DNA from: Marsupella aquatica
Lineage: Eukaryota > Plantae > Marchantiophyta
Reading direction: 5' to 3'
Length of the DNA stretch: 64,000 bases
Assembly: GCA_973895155.1 (NCBI GenBank)
Contig: OZ316898.1
Coordinates: forward strand, 13,980,330 to 14,044,329
In this document: positions 41,952-54,538 of the stretch, piece after piece
Layout of the letters: every line of letters starts with the position of its first letter
Position numbering within the stretch: the stretch's first letter is position 1
The notes under the pieces: model-generated
The model's database searches: none
What the model was told of the DNA's origin: nothing
Seen by the model: only the letters and a program-made list of their open reading frames with translations
Translations under genes and position numbers: made by a program

Positions 41952-43474
41952 ATGTTCCGATGAATGAATTGAAAACGAAGTCACTTGCGAAGAATATCGC
42001 TTCCTTACTAGTCCATATAAAAACACAGTTCGAAGGAGAAGCGAAGCTATGAAGTAGCCATTCCATCTACATAGAAACCTTTTCCCATCGGTGCCCAGCT
42101 CGCATGCTTCAAGTATTCCATCTCTAATGTGCATTGTGTATGAACTCTCACTTAGACAAACAAAAGTAATTAAATCCACCCAAAGCATCCGGCTGCTGGC
42201 GTCTTTAACCAAGACTTGCAATTAACATAGCGGTCATCTGTCTGGACCTACAAAGAAAATCTGTGCTACTCGGAACAGCGCCGGGAAATTTATCTCGATC
42301 ATGACCAATCTGCAAGTCAACTTAATAAGCTAGTTTTCAGCAACTAATTAACTGCCTTCATTCGCGATCAGGATCGAGTAAATTTCTGGTGTATATCAGA
42401 AAAAATCGATCAATCACAAGGCTGCATCTAAGAAAACTTGCGATGACTTCCGACCTATGGTTGTGTAGGTTGAATCAATTAATTAAAACAACGTAGTAAT
42501 TATTAGATAGGAGCCTACAGTGCTTACCGACACACATGTGCAGATTTCGTCTGGCTTCAATTGTTGTACTAAATCCGCTGGGCTATCAATCACAACAATT
42601 AATATTGTGAGGCTTCTTACAACGTACTTCAATTTCTGCAGCTTCTCTCGAGCCAGTAAGGCAGACCTGCAAACAAGAATATGTATCGGTGATCTTCATA
42701 CTCAATCTAGCTGACTTAACAATTAGACCTACAATTAGACAGATTGACTGGTCGCCAGATCCGTGCGGATCAAACTTCGATGATCAATTTCATTTTCAGG
42801 AACAATAAGAAAATTTAGAATAAACTGGTCTATCCTCAAGTACTGATAAAAACATGAACTAGCGGTCCTAATTTCTAAACTCGCAGAAGGCTGAACTGTT
42901 CCTTGCGTTAGTCGCGCTGGTCACTGCATACTACTTACTCTTTCGATCGAAAGTGAACTTTCGCTTGGGCCTCGAGATCTTCTTTGCCAACTAACTTAAA
43001 AGCATGCGACTTAATTACAGCATTGATCAATTAACAATGCACAGTTAACTAACCACACTTCTGCCAAATTCTGTACCCTAAAGAAATTCACACTCAGAAT
43101 TGAGACAGCAAATACACACCCGATCAGTGTTGCAGGTCGTCCGCTTCTGTGCCACTCAACGCTGATCTCCTAGAAAGTCGCAATGGCGCAGCCCGGGAGG
43201 CGTCTCCGTGAGCACAAAGTTCCTCATCGTTCCTCGAAATATTCTTTGCCGATCAAGAGCCCACGAGTGTCTACCTTCGAGTACACTGCCTCACTTAAAA
43301 TCGGGACATCAGTTCTATAGAGCAAACGTACGTGCACGTCCCCGTCAATCTCATCGGCAGCAATCGTTACGCTCGTGAGCTAGTCAGGATTTCGGGATGA
43401 CAAAGCAGAATCGCTGCATTGCGACTGCTCATTCCGAACCGTAGAGAGAGCTCAGGATCAGTTGTGAGCAAGCA

Positions 43475-43587
43475 CCGCTTCCCTCGAGCAAGCGGAAGGT
43501 CTGGACGGAGATCGATCGACAAGGTACGAGCCGCTTCCCTCGAGCAAACGGAAGGTCTGGGCGGAGATCGATCGACTAGGTACGAGC
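43475..43587. repeat. 56-bp tandem duplication in the presumed SWI1 5' leader/promoter
   Basis: CCGCTTCCCTCGAGCAA..GGAAGGTCTGG.CGGAGATCGATCGAC.AGGTACGAG occurs twice. Confidence 0.9.
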
Positions 43588-45099
43588 GTGAGTATGAGGC
43601 CAATGGCATCGACGCGAAGACAAGCAAACTGCCCGAAAGAAAAGGCCGGGCGTGAAGGAGACAGGCAGGCACGGAGGCGCGGGGCGCTTCTGTCCTCGCG
43701 TCACGCACGTACCCCAGTGCTAATCCGAACAGCGAGGCAAGGCCTACTAACGGAATTGAAAAATTAAAGTTTCCAAAAGCGTACATTAGAAATATAAATT
43801 TTTAAATTTTCTTATGCACCGACTACACCGAGTGACCCTCCTCTGCACTTCAATTAATTGGGAGCTCTAATATTCTTTTCACTACGCCCATTAATCCGGG
43901 TCTTGGTTTCACGTTACCTATGTGTGTCTTAACTTGGGTATGCCTTGTAGTCCCGTAATCTGGCTTTAATTACTGACATTAAGTGGCCATGTAGCATTTG
44001 CTAAGGAACTCTGTAATTGGGCTATATGTGAACCTTGTAAGGCACACTATAACTATTGGAGGGAACATCACTATTATTCCATCCATATTAAGCTTATTTC
44101 TCCAAATTCATATTTCATCCACACTTGAACATTCAATTGGCATTTTCAGTATTTTGAAAAGAGGGGAATGAGGCCAGGGGCTAAGTAGAGAAATTACCCT
44201 CAAACCCTAAAACTCATAATAACCCTATGAACATTTAAATACATGTTAGATACCCCTTATTAATTTGTATATGATAAATTTAAAAGGAATTCCAGTTACT
44301 AGTTTCCCCTGGCTAGTTTACACAAGAGAAACAGGGAAATCAATGCACTAATGTACAAAATCAAAGTTATAAAGTCAGAATAAAATTTGTAATACAGTAT
44401 AAGTTTTGTAGTATTATCTTGTGGAATTGCCTTGAAAAATTTCAACATTGCATCAAATTTGGCAGAATAGCCTTTGAAATATTTTGAGGAAACCTTGACC
44501 CAGGTACCTAGGAAGCTGTCATCACATAGGTCACCAACTTTAATTGATCCCCTATTTTTGGCCCTCTACTTGCACTCCAACCCAATCAATTGGACACAAA
44601 GTTAACTTGCTATGCACATAATTTTTTAGTTAGATATTCTATGAAGTGTCATAGTTTGTTGTGATTGGATTGACATGGTGCTCATGTCCCTGAGGCCTCA
44701 AAACTCATCATCAGTCGGGGGTCCTAGATGACTACACCCAAGCCGCGCCATATCCCATTGCCAAGCGTCCATTCCGCATGAACTAGATTTCATTGGCCTT
44801 GGGCCCAAGAGGAGCTCTCACATAATCCATCAAAATTTAATCTGTCTGGGGGTCCGGATAGTCCGCCCTGAGCCCGACCAACTCCCAATGCAAGTCAAAG
44901 TCTGTCCTTTGTATGCGTCACTAGCTTAGCGCATCGCCTTTGCTCATAGTTTTACTTAGTCCCAATCAGATGGTCATTTGGAGGATTGGATCATAGAGGA
45001 GCTCCATGCCAGAGATAAGTGGTCCATAGGGTAGTCGAGTTCCATGACTGTTTTGAACAGACTATCTGAGAATCTTATTTTTGAGCATGGCCATGTGGT

Positions 45100-45255
45100 A
45101 GCTCACTTGAGTTGAGTTTCATTAGTCTATGGTTCCCCATATCAATAGTTCAAATGTTGTGACACTTGAGTTGAGACTAATTAGTCAAGGGTTCAAATGT
45201 TGTGACACTTGAGGTGAGACTCATTAATTAGTCTAAGCTTCAGATGTTGTGATTG
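45100..45255. repeat. Degenerate ~46-50-bp tandem repeat, ~3 copies
   Basis: CACTTGAG.TGAG..T.ATTAGTC...TTCA.ATGTTGTGA recurs. Confidence 0.75.
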
Positions 45256-45529
45256 CTTCTTTGTCCTGGGTGTGCAACTCTCCGTTTTATGATGCAAGTT
45301 TAGAATTCTCTATAATGATGTTATAAACCAATTGACCATGTGAAGTTTTATTTTAGTCTACTAAAATCTTGTACCTCTCAATTCAAGAAATACAAAGATG
45401 TAACCTTATTTAAAAATTAAATGGACATGTTTTGATATGTGAAAATTTGATCAAAACCAAATTATGTGGCTATTTTTAATACAAGGGTCTACAGCCAAAC
45501 TAGCCAGATTTTTAGAATTTTAATTAAAA

Positions 45530-46045
45530 TTCTAAAAACCTTTCAGTAAAAATTACAACATGTTTAGGGCTATTTTTAAATTTTATGTAAAAAAATAAGA
45601 AAACCTAACCTTTAATATGACTTTAAAATTTTTTTAATAGAAAACCCAAGTTTCTTCAAATTTTAATTTTCTTATAATCAGCTTTTTAGTCCATATAAAA
45701 ATGTTATACAAGAGTTGTGTATTGGGTTCTCTAAAAACCTTTCAGTAAAAAATACAACATATTTAGGGATATTTTAAAGTTTTATGTGGAAAAATAAGAA
45801 AACCTAACCTTTTATATGACTTCAATTTTTTTTAAATGGAAAACAGTGGTGGTGTTCCATGTGGTAAGATAGAGTGTTGCGAGTGCAACACTAATATATC
45901 TGGATCATCTAAGTATGTTATGGATAGGGTGTCTGTCACGAATTGTTTCACAAATTTCTAAGTTATTTCAAATTTTAATTTTAATATAGCCAGCTTTTTA
46001 GTCCATATAAAAATGTTATACAAGAGTTGCGTATAGGGTTCTCCA
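45530..46045. repeat. AT-rich ~200-bp duplication whose second copy is interrupted
   Basis: 45531-45645 matches 45731-45843; 45650-45730 matches 45962-46043. Confidence 0.8.
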
Positions 46046-46548
46046 TCTTTGGTGGGGTTTCACACTCATCTCCTTTTAAAATCATAATATATTAATATAT
46101 GAATAATTAATTTAAAAAATACGGGACACTGCCTCAGAAACGTAACTTATTTTTATGTTTAAAATAAACATATGTATCCCTTCTAGATTCTCTGTATTCT
46201 CCATAATCTAGATATTCTTTCCTAATAATTATGGCATGAGCAAACAATAAAGTAACATTGATAGAGATTGATCTTTAATGCGTGCGGCTTTCCTTCTAGC
46301 GCTCATTCCTGCAGCAGTGTTCTTACCAACGGTACAGTCTTCACCAGAGTTTCTTACCTGCACCGAAGGATATTACTTTTCCTTTTGCTTATAAAGCAAT
46401 CACAAGAAGAACTGCCTAGATTTCATATTCTAATCAAAGGAAAAATTATGAATAAACTCACTGGTAGATCTGTGTTTAGGGTAAACTGATCTGTACCTGT
46501 CGAATTCCCCTTGTGCATTACTCCTAACATCTTTGAAAACAAGAGTTC

Positions 46549-46655
46549 TGTTAGACTCTACCTTGACCGGAGGACCGGATCAGCCGGTCATCCCGGCACC
46601 ACCATATGTACCATTACCGAGACTATACTAATACCATTGTTATCACCATCAAACA
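46549..46655 (+). repeat. 5' LTR (107 bp)
   Basis: Identical to 53539-53645 except G at 46608 versus A at 53598. Confidence 0.97.
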
Positions 46656-46669
46656 CGTTATCAGCACGA
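46656..46669 (+). promoter_or_regulatory. Primer-binding site complementary to the anticodon arm of tRNA-Ile(IAU) (half-tRNA priming)
   Basis: CGTTATCAGCACGA directly after the LTR. It is the reverse complement of the plant tRNA-Ile arm TCGTGCT-AAT-AACG (recalled) with C opposite position 34. Confidence 0.8.
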
Positions 46670-48614
46670 GCCTTAGACTAGCCGAGCACGAAACGGGAGA
46701 TGAGAATTTTTTTTGAGAATCTGAATTCCAGCTTTCCCCAAAGAGAATGATGCGAATGTGGAGAAATTTCAACCTGGAAAAGAAGATATGTTAGAGGGAC
46801 CACGAAAGAAGGTTGAAGAGGCCCACAGAATAAACGAGAATAGAAAGTCGGTCGCTAGCTTTCGGTCGTCGGTCCCTACGAGTTCCTCTGGCTTTCTATT
46901 CTCAAGAATCCTTCTTTCGAAAGGAATAAACCGCTCACAGAAATCCTTTGAAAGGAATAAACCATAGATGCTGGCTGCAATCAAAGAAATTCAGTTGACG
47001 ATCGAAGGCATAAGGAAACTGTCACCTGCAGAATCGATACAGAGAAAAACGAAGGAACACATCGTGAGAAGGGCCGCGAGCAGCGAGAGGTCATCGGAAA
47101 TCATCGCCAGGCCTGGTCCACTCTCGATCCAGCCAATTACTACAGAAACCTTTTCAAAAAGGCTATGCAGGAGGCAAGTCGCAAAGCCAGCATTGGGCAA
47201 CATGGCCGAAAGTCTTTACAAAGGCTACGAGCAGCAAGCCCACCAGAGGATCGGCTAAGGACAGATCGATGAGCGGCGCACAAGCTCGGTAGAAACCTGA
47301 TGTTGCATGGCAGAATTCTAAACAGAAACCGAGAGAGATCGGAAAGAAGAAGCATACTAGATCCTCACGACTGCGATAAGAGATTGGAACAAGGATTGGA
47401 GCGATCGATCCAGAATTGAGCCCCAATCAGCAAGAGCCGGCCTCAATATCATTTAGCGAACTCCAGATCGAAAAGGAGCGACGAAACTTTGAAAAGCTTA
47501 CGGAGATCGGAGGTGATAAGGTCCATCAATCACAGGCGCAGCAAGAAAGTACAATGAGGATACCATAAGTACTTTCGAAAAAAGAGGAGACGAGGCCATA
47601 TAATCTTCCGAAAATTGAAGGAGAGTGGATAGCGATGGATCGATGATGCCTGAATCGAGAGGTGAAGTGACCAGGACCAGAAGGCGAAGCAAGAGGAATC
47701 ACGAGTTGGAAGCGCATAGGACAGAGGGCGAATCCAAAGAAATCTGCCAGGAACACCTCAACTGCCGATTACGTTGACTCCACTTTCGGTACCCCTGCTA
47801 CCCTGACTTCTCGTCGACGATCACTGAGAGGCGAAGAAAATCCGTGATCGATTGAAGGCTGAAGATCGAGGGAGAAGAGAGGTCACTGCAGGAACTCGCG
47901 AAGCCAAAGGAACGATAAGCAGATACATAAGGACATAGAGAACTCATAAGGACGAAGGTCGTCCCGGAAGGAAAAACGATAAGGACAGCAATCGAGAATC
48001 CCCTTCATACAGCCGCAGCGAGAGACAAGGTTAAGAAATCGAAATTGAGTACCGACTGCAACGAGGGGAGAGGAGATGCAAGAAGCTTAAAGACCAAATT
48101 CTTGAGGCGCAAGGGGAGAATCGAGCAGACACAAGGGATCTGAAGGTCGCGAGAAGAGGCAACCCCAAGGCAGAAAGCGCAACATCAAGGCACAAAATCA
48201 TCGACAGAACGTCGAAGAAACCTCAACCCGCTAAGTGCAAACTTCCTAACCGCACATAACCGTAAACCCCCTCTAATTACAATTTCCCTCAAAGCGACCT
48301 CAATTACAAAGCATAATGTGCGCTTAACCAGAGCACCAGTAAAGCATCACCCATAACTGCAACCATAAGTGCACAACTGGATAACTGCACAGCTTAACAA
48401 AGGAAAAGATAATACAAAGGAATCCTTGCAGTTATACATTTACACAGAAAACCCTAAACCATAAGTGCAAAACCTAAAAAGGAATTTCCGATTTGCATGC
48501 GTTCTCCACCCAGCTCTACCATGCATGCCGCATAAATGTGCTTTGTCATTCCTAACTATACTTATTAGTATATAAACCTCAACCACACTTAAAAGGAATC
48601 CAGCCATCAACCCT

Positions 48615-51600
48615 ATGACGAACCTCGAGAAACTCAACTTTCTAGCCCTTGACATCGATGGTAGTAACTACCTGGAATGGTCAATGAATCTTAGAGAGAA
48701 CCTTACATCGCTAACCCTACTCCTAGCGATAGGAATGGCCCAACCTATCCTTGTCGGCGAACCACAACCAGACCCATTGACTAAAGCCAACGAATCTAAA
48801 GCTCTAGTATTCCTGAGACGCCATATCCATAGATTCCTCCAGAGACAATACATGCACCTTTCGACCCCTCGGGAACTATGGATAGCGCTACAGACCCGAT
48901 TCGACCACCAAAAACTGGTCGAATTACCTAGAGCCAGACAAGACTGGCTCAACCTGCGGGTCCAGGACTTCACCTCAATTTCAGCCTACAATAGCGAACT
49001 CTTTAGAATATCCTCAACCCTCGCACTATGTGGCGAGCCGGTCACGGACAAGGATCTGCTAGAGAAGACCTTGTCGACATTTCACTCATCGAATGTGTGG
49101 CTATCAACACAGTATCGAAACATGAAGTTCGGGCAATACTCCGAGCTCATAGCCCACCTCCTAGTCACAGAAAGAAACCAAGAACTCCTTTTAGTTAACT
49201 CTAGAAAACGTCCTGCGGGCACACTGCCCTCAGGATCACAGAGTGAAACACATCTTACCGACACCGCTGAACCCTCCACATCAAGGCAGGGCATTAAGCG
49301 CAGTAGGAATGGCAACCATAGAAACAACCCCAACAGGGGGAGTTTCTTTAACCAACGCCCACAACACAATTTCAGACGGTCCTTTAGTGGACGTGGAGGA
49401 CGTGGCGGACGCAGAGGACGAGGTGGACGCGGTGGACGTGGTGGTGGTAGACCATACAACAACAACCGTAGGAATGATCGGTCACAACCCCGACAACAAC
49501 GGGAACGACTGAAATGCCATGAATGTGGCATGACAAACCACCTCGCGAGAAACTGTAGAATCCCGCAACATCTTAGAGATTTATATCAACGGTCCATCCA
49601 GGATAGACAAACCTCAAGACCACCACCCCGTGAAACCCACGGGGCGTTTATGGAATCTAGCGACCCATTCCAAGACTTTTCAGACCTACCTGCCCAACCA
49701 GAGGCACACTTAGTGGCAAGTAGCTCCACTACACCAGATTTAAATAGCCCAAGCACATGTATTATCGACAGTGCGACCATGCACACTATCCTCAGGGATA
49801 GGCACCTTTTCCACAAGATTACACCCTCACGTAGATCCCTGACCACTATAAATGGTCCTAGTCAAATAGAAGAGGGCTTCGGCCCAGCTTCTATTAGACT
49901 CCCGCAGGGTACTGAAATACACATAGAATCTGTCATTTTCGCCCCAAACGCAACTCGTAATCTCCTTAGCTTTAGAGATATACGAGCAAATGGGCTACAT
50001 GTCCAAACGGGCGATACCAGAGACCAAGAGGTCATTCACTTGGTTGAAAATACCCTTAAGGGGAAAATAATTAAAGAGACACTTTTCTCGTATCCTTGCG
50101 GGTTTTATATAACACACATTGAATGCTTGCATAACAACGCCAATACAAGCGAATTGCATGCGCTATGGCATGCACGCCTCGGCCACCCCGGCCAATCAAT
50201 GCTAACAAAAATCATTAAGAATTCAAGTGGCATTCCAATCAATACACGCCACATCCTAGTGAGCACCCCATGCACTGCATGCTCACGCGGCAAGTTAATA
50301 ACAAGGCCCACGACATCAAAATTGCCAACTAAAATACCCCAATTCTTGGAAATAATCCATGCTGATGTTTGCAGGCCAATTAACCCACCAAGCGGACCTT
50401 TCCGCTACTTTATGGTTTTAATTGACGCATCAACCAAATGGTCAAATGTGACCTTGCTTTCAACGAGGAACATGGTAATACCTGGCATTTTGGCACAAAT
50501 CTTGCGCGTGAAAGCACAATTCCCAGATCACCCCATTAAGACACTAAGGGTAGACAATGCAGGGGAATTCACATCTGAAACATTTGATAACTTTTGCACA
50601 TCACTTGGAATAGACGTACAATATCCTGTACCCCACGTGCATTTCCAGAATGGATTAGCTGAAGCGGTCATTAAACGCCTCCAGTTAATTGCACGCCCAT
50701 TACTAATGCAGTCAAAACTCCCCGTCTCAGCATGGGGACACGCCATATTACATGCTAATGCATTAATCCAATACCGCCCATCGGCCTTTAATACCTACAG
50801 CCCATATCAAATTGCTAATGGTATTAAACCTGACCTATCACATCTTCGTTCATTTGGATGTCAAGTAATGGTCCCCATTACTCCACCCAAATGAACCAAG
50901 ATGGGAACCCAACGACAGTTGGGGATATACATTGGATTTGACTCACCGTCCATAATCCGATATATGGAGCCAACAACTGGCGACGTTTTTAAAGCCAGAT
51001 TTCTAGATTGCCATTTTGACGAACACATTTACCCACCATTAATAACGCCTAAACACCCACAACCACCTTTGGAGTGGGAACGACACTCACCATTTTGGCA
51101 AGACCTTAGAACGAATCAAGGGGAGAAAGAAGTTCAAAGAATTTTACAACTCCACAAGATTGTGGAAGAACTTCCCGACGCTTTCGTCGATACATCCCAA
51201 GTTACCCGCTCACATATTCCAGCTGCGAGAGCATCTGCTCGCATCGAATTATCAAGTGAGCCAGCTAGTACATCCCAACCTCGTGCAAAACAAGGCAGAC
51301 CTTTGGGATCCAAGGATAAACAACCAAGAAGGCGCGGTTCATCTATACCACCTTCACCTGATGCCGACCACACAGAATCCACAACTCATGAAGAGATTTC
51401 TATCCACTTCGCACACACCGGTGATATGTGGGATAGAAATACTACTTCAATAGATGATGCTTTTGCATTAATGGTGGCAACACATATCACAGGCGAAACA
51501 CCAGAACCAATATCCATCTTAGAATGCCAAAACAGACCAGATTGGCCTGAATGGCAAAAAGCTATAAATGGAGAATTAGATTCCCTACTAAGCAGACACA

Positions 51601-53227
51601 CTTTTGGCCCAGTCGAGCCAACACCACAAGACGTACACCTCATTGGCTACAAGTGGACATTCGTCCGCAAAAGAAATGATAAAGGCCAAGTTGTACGCTA
51701 TAAAGCACGTCTGGTAGGGAAAGGATTTACCCAACAACCGGGAATTCATTACGATGAAACTTACTCACCGGTTATGGATAGCACAACATTCCGATATTTA
51801 ATCGGATTTGCCATTTTCCACCAACTACAAATGCGACAATTAGATGTTGCAACTGCATATTTATATGGCACTTTAGACACCTGTCTATATATGCGATCAC
51901 CTCCTGAGTTGGAGCAACGTCGCCGAGCTTTAGCTCAAGGCGCTAAATCGCACATCCCATATTTACATAAGATTATCACACAATTATCTCAAGTTACACC
52001 TCATGTGTCATCTACACACGTAACTCATAATAATGACACCGCTGTGTCAACCGTACGGAATACTCGCCGCGGACTAGCTATCCGTGTGTTGAAGGCATTA
52101 TATGGCCTGAAACAAAGTGGCAGAGTATGGTATCAAAGATTTACTGATGAAATGATTGCCATGGGTTTTTCCCATGATGCCATTACACCATGTTTATTTA
52201 TTAAACATGTGGATGATGAATATGTCATCGTTTCTATTTACGTTGATGACTTAAATATATTTGGGACACCCCAACTTACAGAAGATACTATTACCAGTCT
52301 TAAATCCACATTTGAGATGAAAGACCTTGGACATACAAACTTTTGCTTAGGCTTACAACTAGAGATCCTACCCACTGGCATGATGCTCCATCAGACAACA
52401 CAAACAAAAAAGATCCAACACCAATGGTTGTACGTTCATTAGAAAACACCACTGATGTTTTTCGCAAGCGCGAAGAACATGAACCCATATTAGGACCAGA
52501 AACTCCATATCTTTCTGCAATAGGAGCATTAATGTACCTAGCGAATCAGACCAGACCAGACATTGCATTTGCAGTTAACTTACTAGCCAGACATAGTGCA
52601 ACTCCCACAGCCAGACACTGGAACGGAGTTAAGCACGTATTTAGGTATCTACGTGGCACAACCGATACAAGGTTATTTTACCCATTCGGTGCAAACCACG
52701 AACTCATAGGATATGCGGATGCCGGATATCTCTCCGACACTGATACCGCAAAATCCCAAACCGGATACGTTTTTACTATAGGGGGTACCGCTTTTTCTTG
52801 GAAAAGCGTGAAACAAACCCTAACAGCAACCTCATCAAATCACTCAGAAATCTTAGCTCTACATGAGGCTAGTCGTGAAGCCGTTTGGTTACGATCCTTT
52901 ATAAACCACATCAACACCAAATGCGGCCTACCACCACTAACGAAGCCTACTAACATTTTTGAGGATAACGCAGCATGTATACAGCAGATCACGAAAGGAT
53001 TCATCAAAGGCGATCGCGTGAAGCACATAGCTCCGAAATTTTTCTACACCCACGAGTTACATGGAAAAGAGATCAACATTTTGCAGATTTCAAGTGCAGA
53101 CAACTGTGCGGATCTCTTCACCAAATCACTATCGCCATCAGTTCATCACCGACACTGCCAGGCGATTGGACTACGGAGCGTGCGACGCATGATGACCGTG
53201 GAGGCTGCTACTCCACATGATACTTGA
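48615..53227 (+). pseudogene. Copia Gag-Pol polyprotein, disrupted
   Basis: Zn knuckle CHECGMTNHLARNC; protease IIDSAT; integrase WHARLGH...CTAC with HAD/RVDNAGEF/NGLAE; RT YGLKQSGR and IYVDDL; RNase H YADAGY...ADLFTK. In-frame TGA at 50892-50894 (expected CGA, Arg). Frameshifting deletion of ~12 codons at ~52415. Confidence 0.93.
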
Positions 53228-53529
53228 TGATGCAGACGACATGCTGTTGACGACCGACTGATGAGACAAATATTAAAGCTAGATTTACTATAACATCTAA
53301 CTTTATTTACTATTGACATTTATTACGACGAGGACTGTTAGGCTGCACTCTTTTTCCTTTAGCACTCATATTTTTCTCTGCTACACTGGTAGAGTTTTTA
53401 CTAAGCTAGAGTTGATAAAGGTTTTTTAACGAGGCAGTCTACCTCGATTGTACTTATATCATGTACCCCTATGAACATGATATAATTTAGGTATAGTCTA
53501 TGTTGTCTATATAGTTGCACTATATATCC

Positions 53530-53538
53530 AAAGGGGAG
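53530..53538 (+). promoter_or_regulatory. Polypurine tract
   Basis: AAAGGGGAG directly before the 3' LTR. Confidence 0.9.
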
Positions 53539-53645
53539 TGTTAGACTCTACCTTGACCGGAGGACCGGATCAGCCGGTCATCCCGGCACCACCATATATA
53601 CCATTACCGAGACTATACTAATACCATTGTTATCACCATCAAACA
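53539..53645 (+). repeat. 3' LTR (107 bp)
   Basis: TG...CA followed by TSD AGTTC. Confidence 0.97.
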
Positions 53646-54538
53646 AGTTCAGTCTAGTAAGTTTATATTTGACAAGCTCAACCTTGAAAGGTATTTGGTC
53701 ACTAAATAAGATCAAACCCAGGATCGAACATCATCAAAACTTTGTCCTGGCTTACTTTGTCCTGGCTTTGTCCCCTCAGAGAGACCTGGCTTCTGAGTAA
53801 ACATCTTCACAACAGACACTGTGCACGTACATACACTTTATCTAACACCAAACATCGTTGTCATCTTCATGATACACACAAAATACAACTAGTTCGCTTC
53901 CTTTAACAGTACAATCATAAACCACATAATTACAGGCTATGCATATGTACAGGTACGCTTAAAAAACATATTCATTAAATAAATACTCCGCCATAAACAC
54001 TTAAGGAATACGGAGCACACACAAAATTCACGCAGTTGTGCTAGCTACAAAGGCTGACCATCATTTTAATACAAAATATAACTGTGAGGTTGCTGCCAAT
54101 GTAGTCCACCTCTCCTCTTCCTATCCGCCAGACAGTGCATGACTAGGCGCAATATATATCTAGTCATTTATTTGTTTCTGAACTAAAGTGCTGCAGACTA
54201 AGCTTATGTAGTTATTATAATGTAGATCTAGCCCTAAGAATGGTTCACCCGGGGAGGGCCGTCAATTTGGTGAGAAATGTCGGTGCCATGATCTTTAGCT
54301 TTGTGAAGCCCTAGCGATTAACTCTGCTGCATGTCCTGTTATCGTTGAGTTGTAACACATGCAACTGGTGCGAGGTAGCAACTGAACAGACCATGACTGT
54401 GGACGATCTGTGAAGCCAATGTTGTGCCGATATGACAACAATCTGTGAAGCCGAAGCTGCCACACAACATGGATGTCACCAATTTCAACCAATTTCCAGC
54501 CACCAGAATGCAACCGCCAACCTTAATTACATCAGGTC

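Larger units (their letters stand above)
46549..53645 (+). mobile_element. Full-length Ty1/copia LTR retrotransposon, Bianca-like lineage (7097 bp)
   Basis: 107-bp LTRs TG...CA with 1 mismatch; 5-bp TSD AGTTC (46544-46548 and 53646-53650); PBS CGTTATCAGCACGA; PPT AAAGGGGAG; domain order Gag-PR-IN-RT-RH; Bianca-type Gag start MTNLEKLNFLALDIDGSNYLEW. Confidence 0.96.

Noticed and set aside
50892-50894. Programmed stop-codon readthrough in pol
   Set aside because: The stop falls inside the integrase region at a position that is Arg in related elements. CGA>TGA deamination explains it, and a second lesion exists at ~52415.
52400-52425. Programmed ribosomal frameshift at the A-run
   Set aside because: About 12 conserved codons are missing between HQTTQTKKI and TPMVVRSL, which indicates a deletion.
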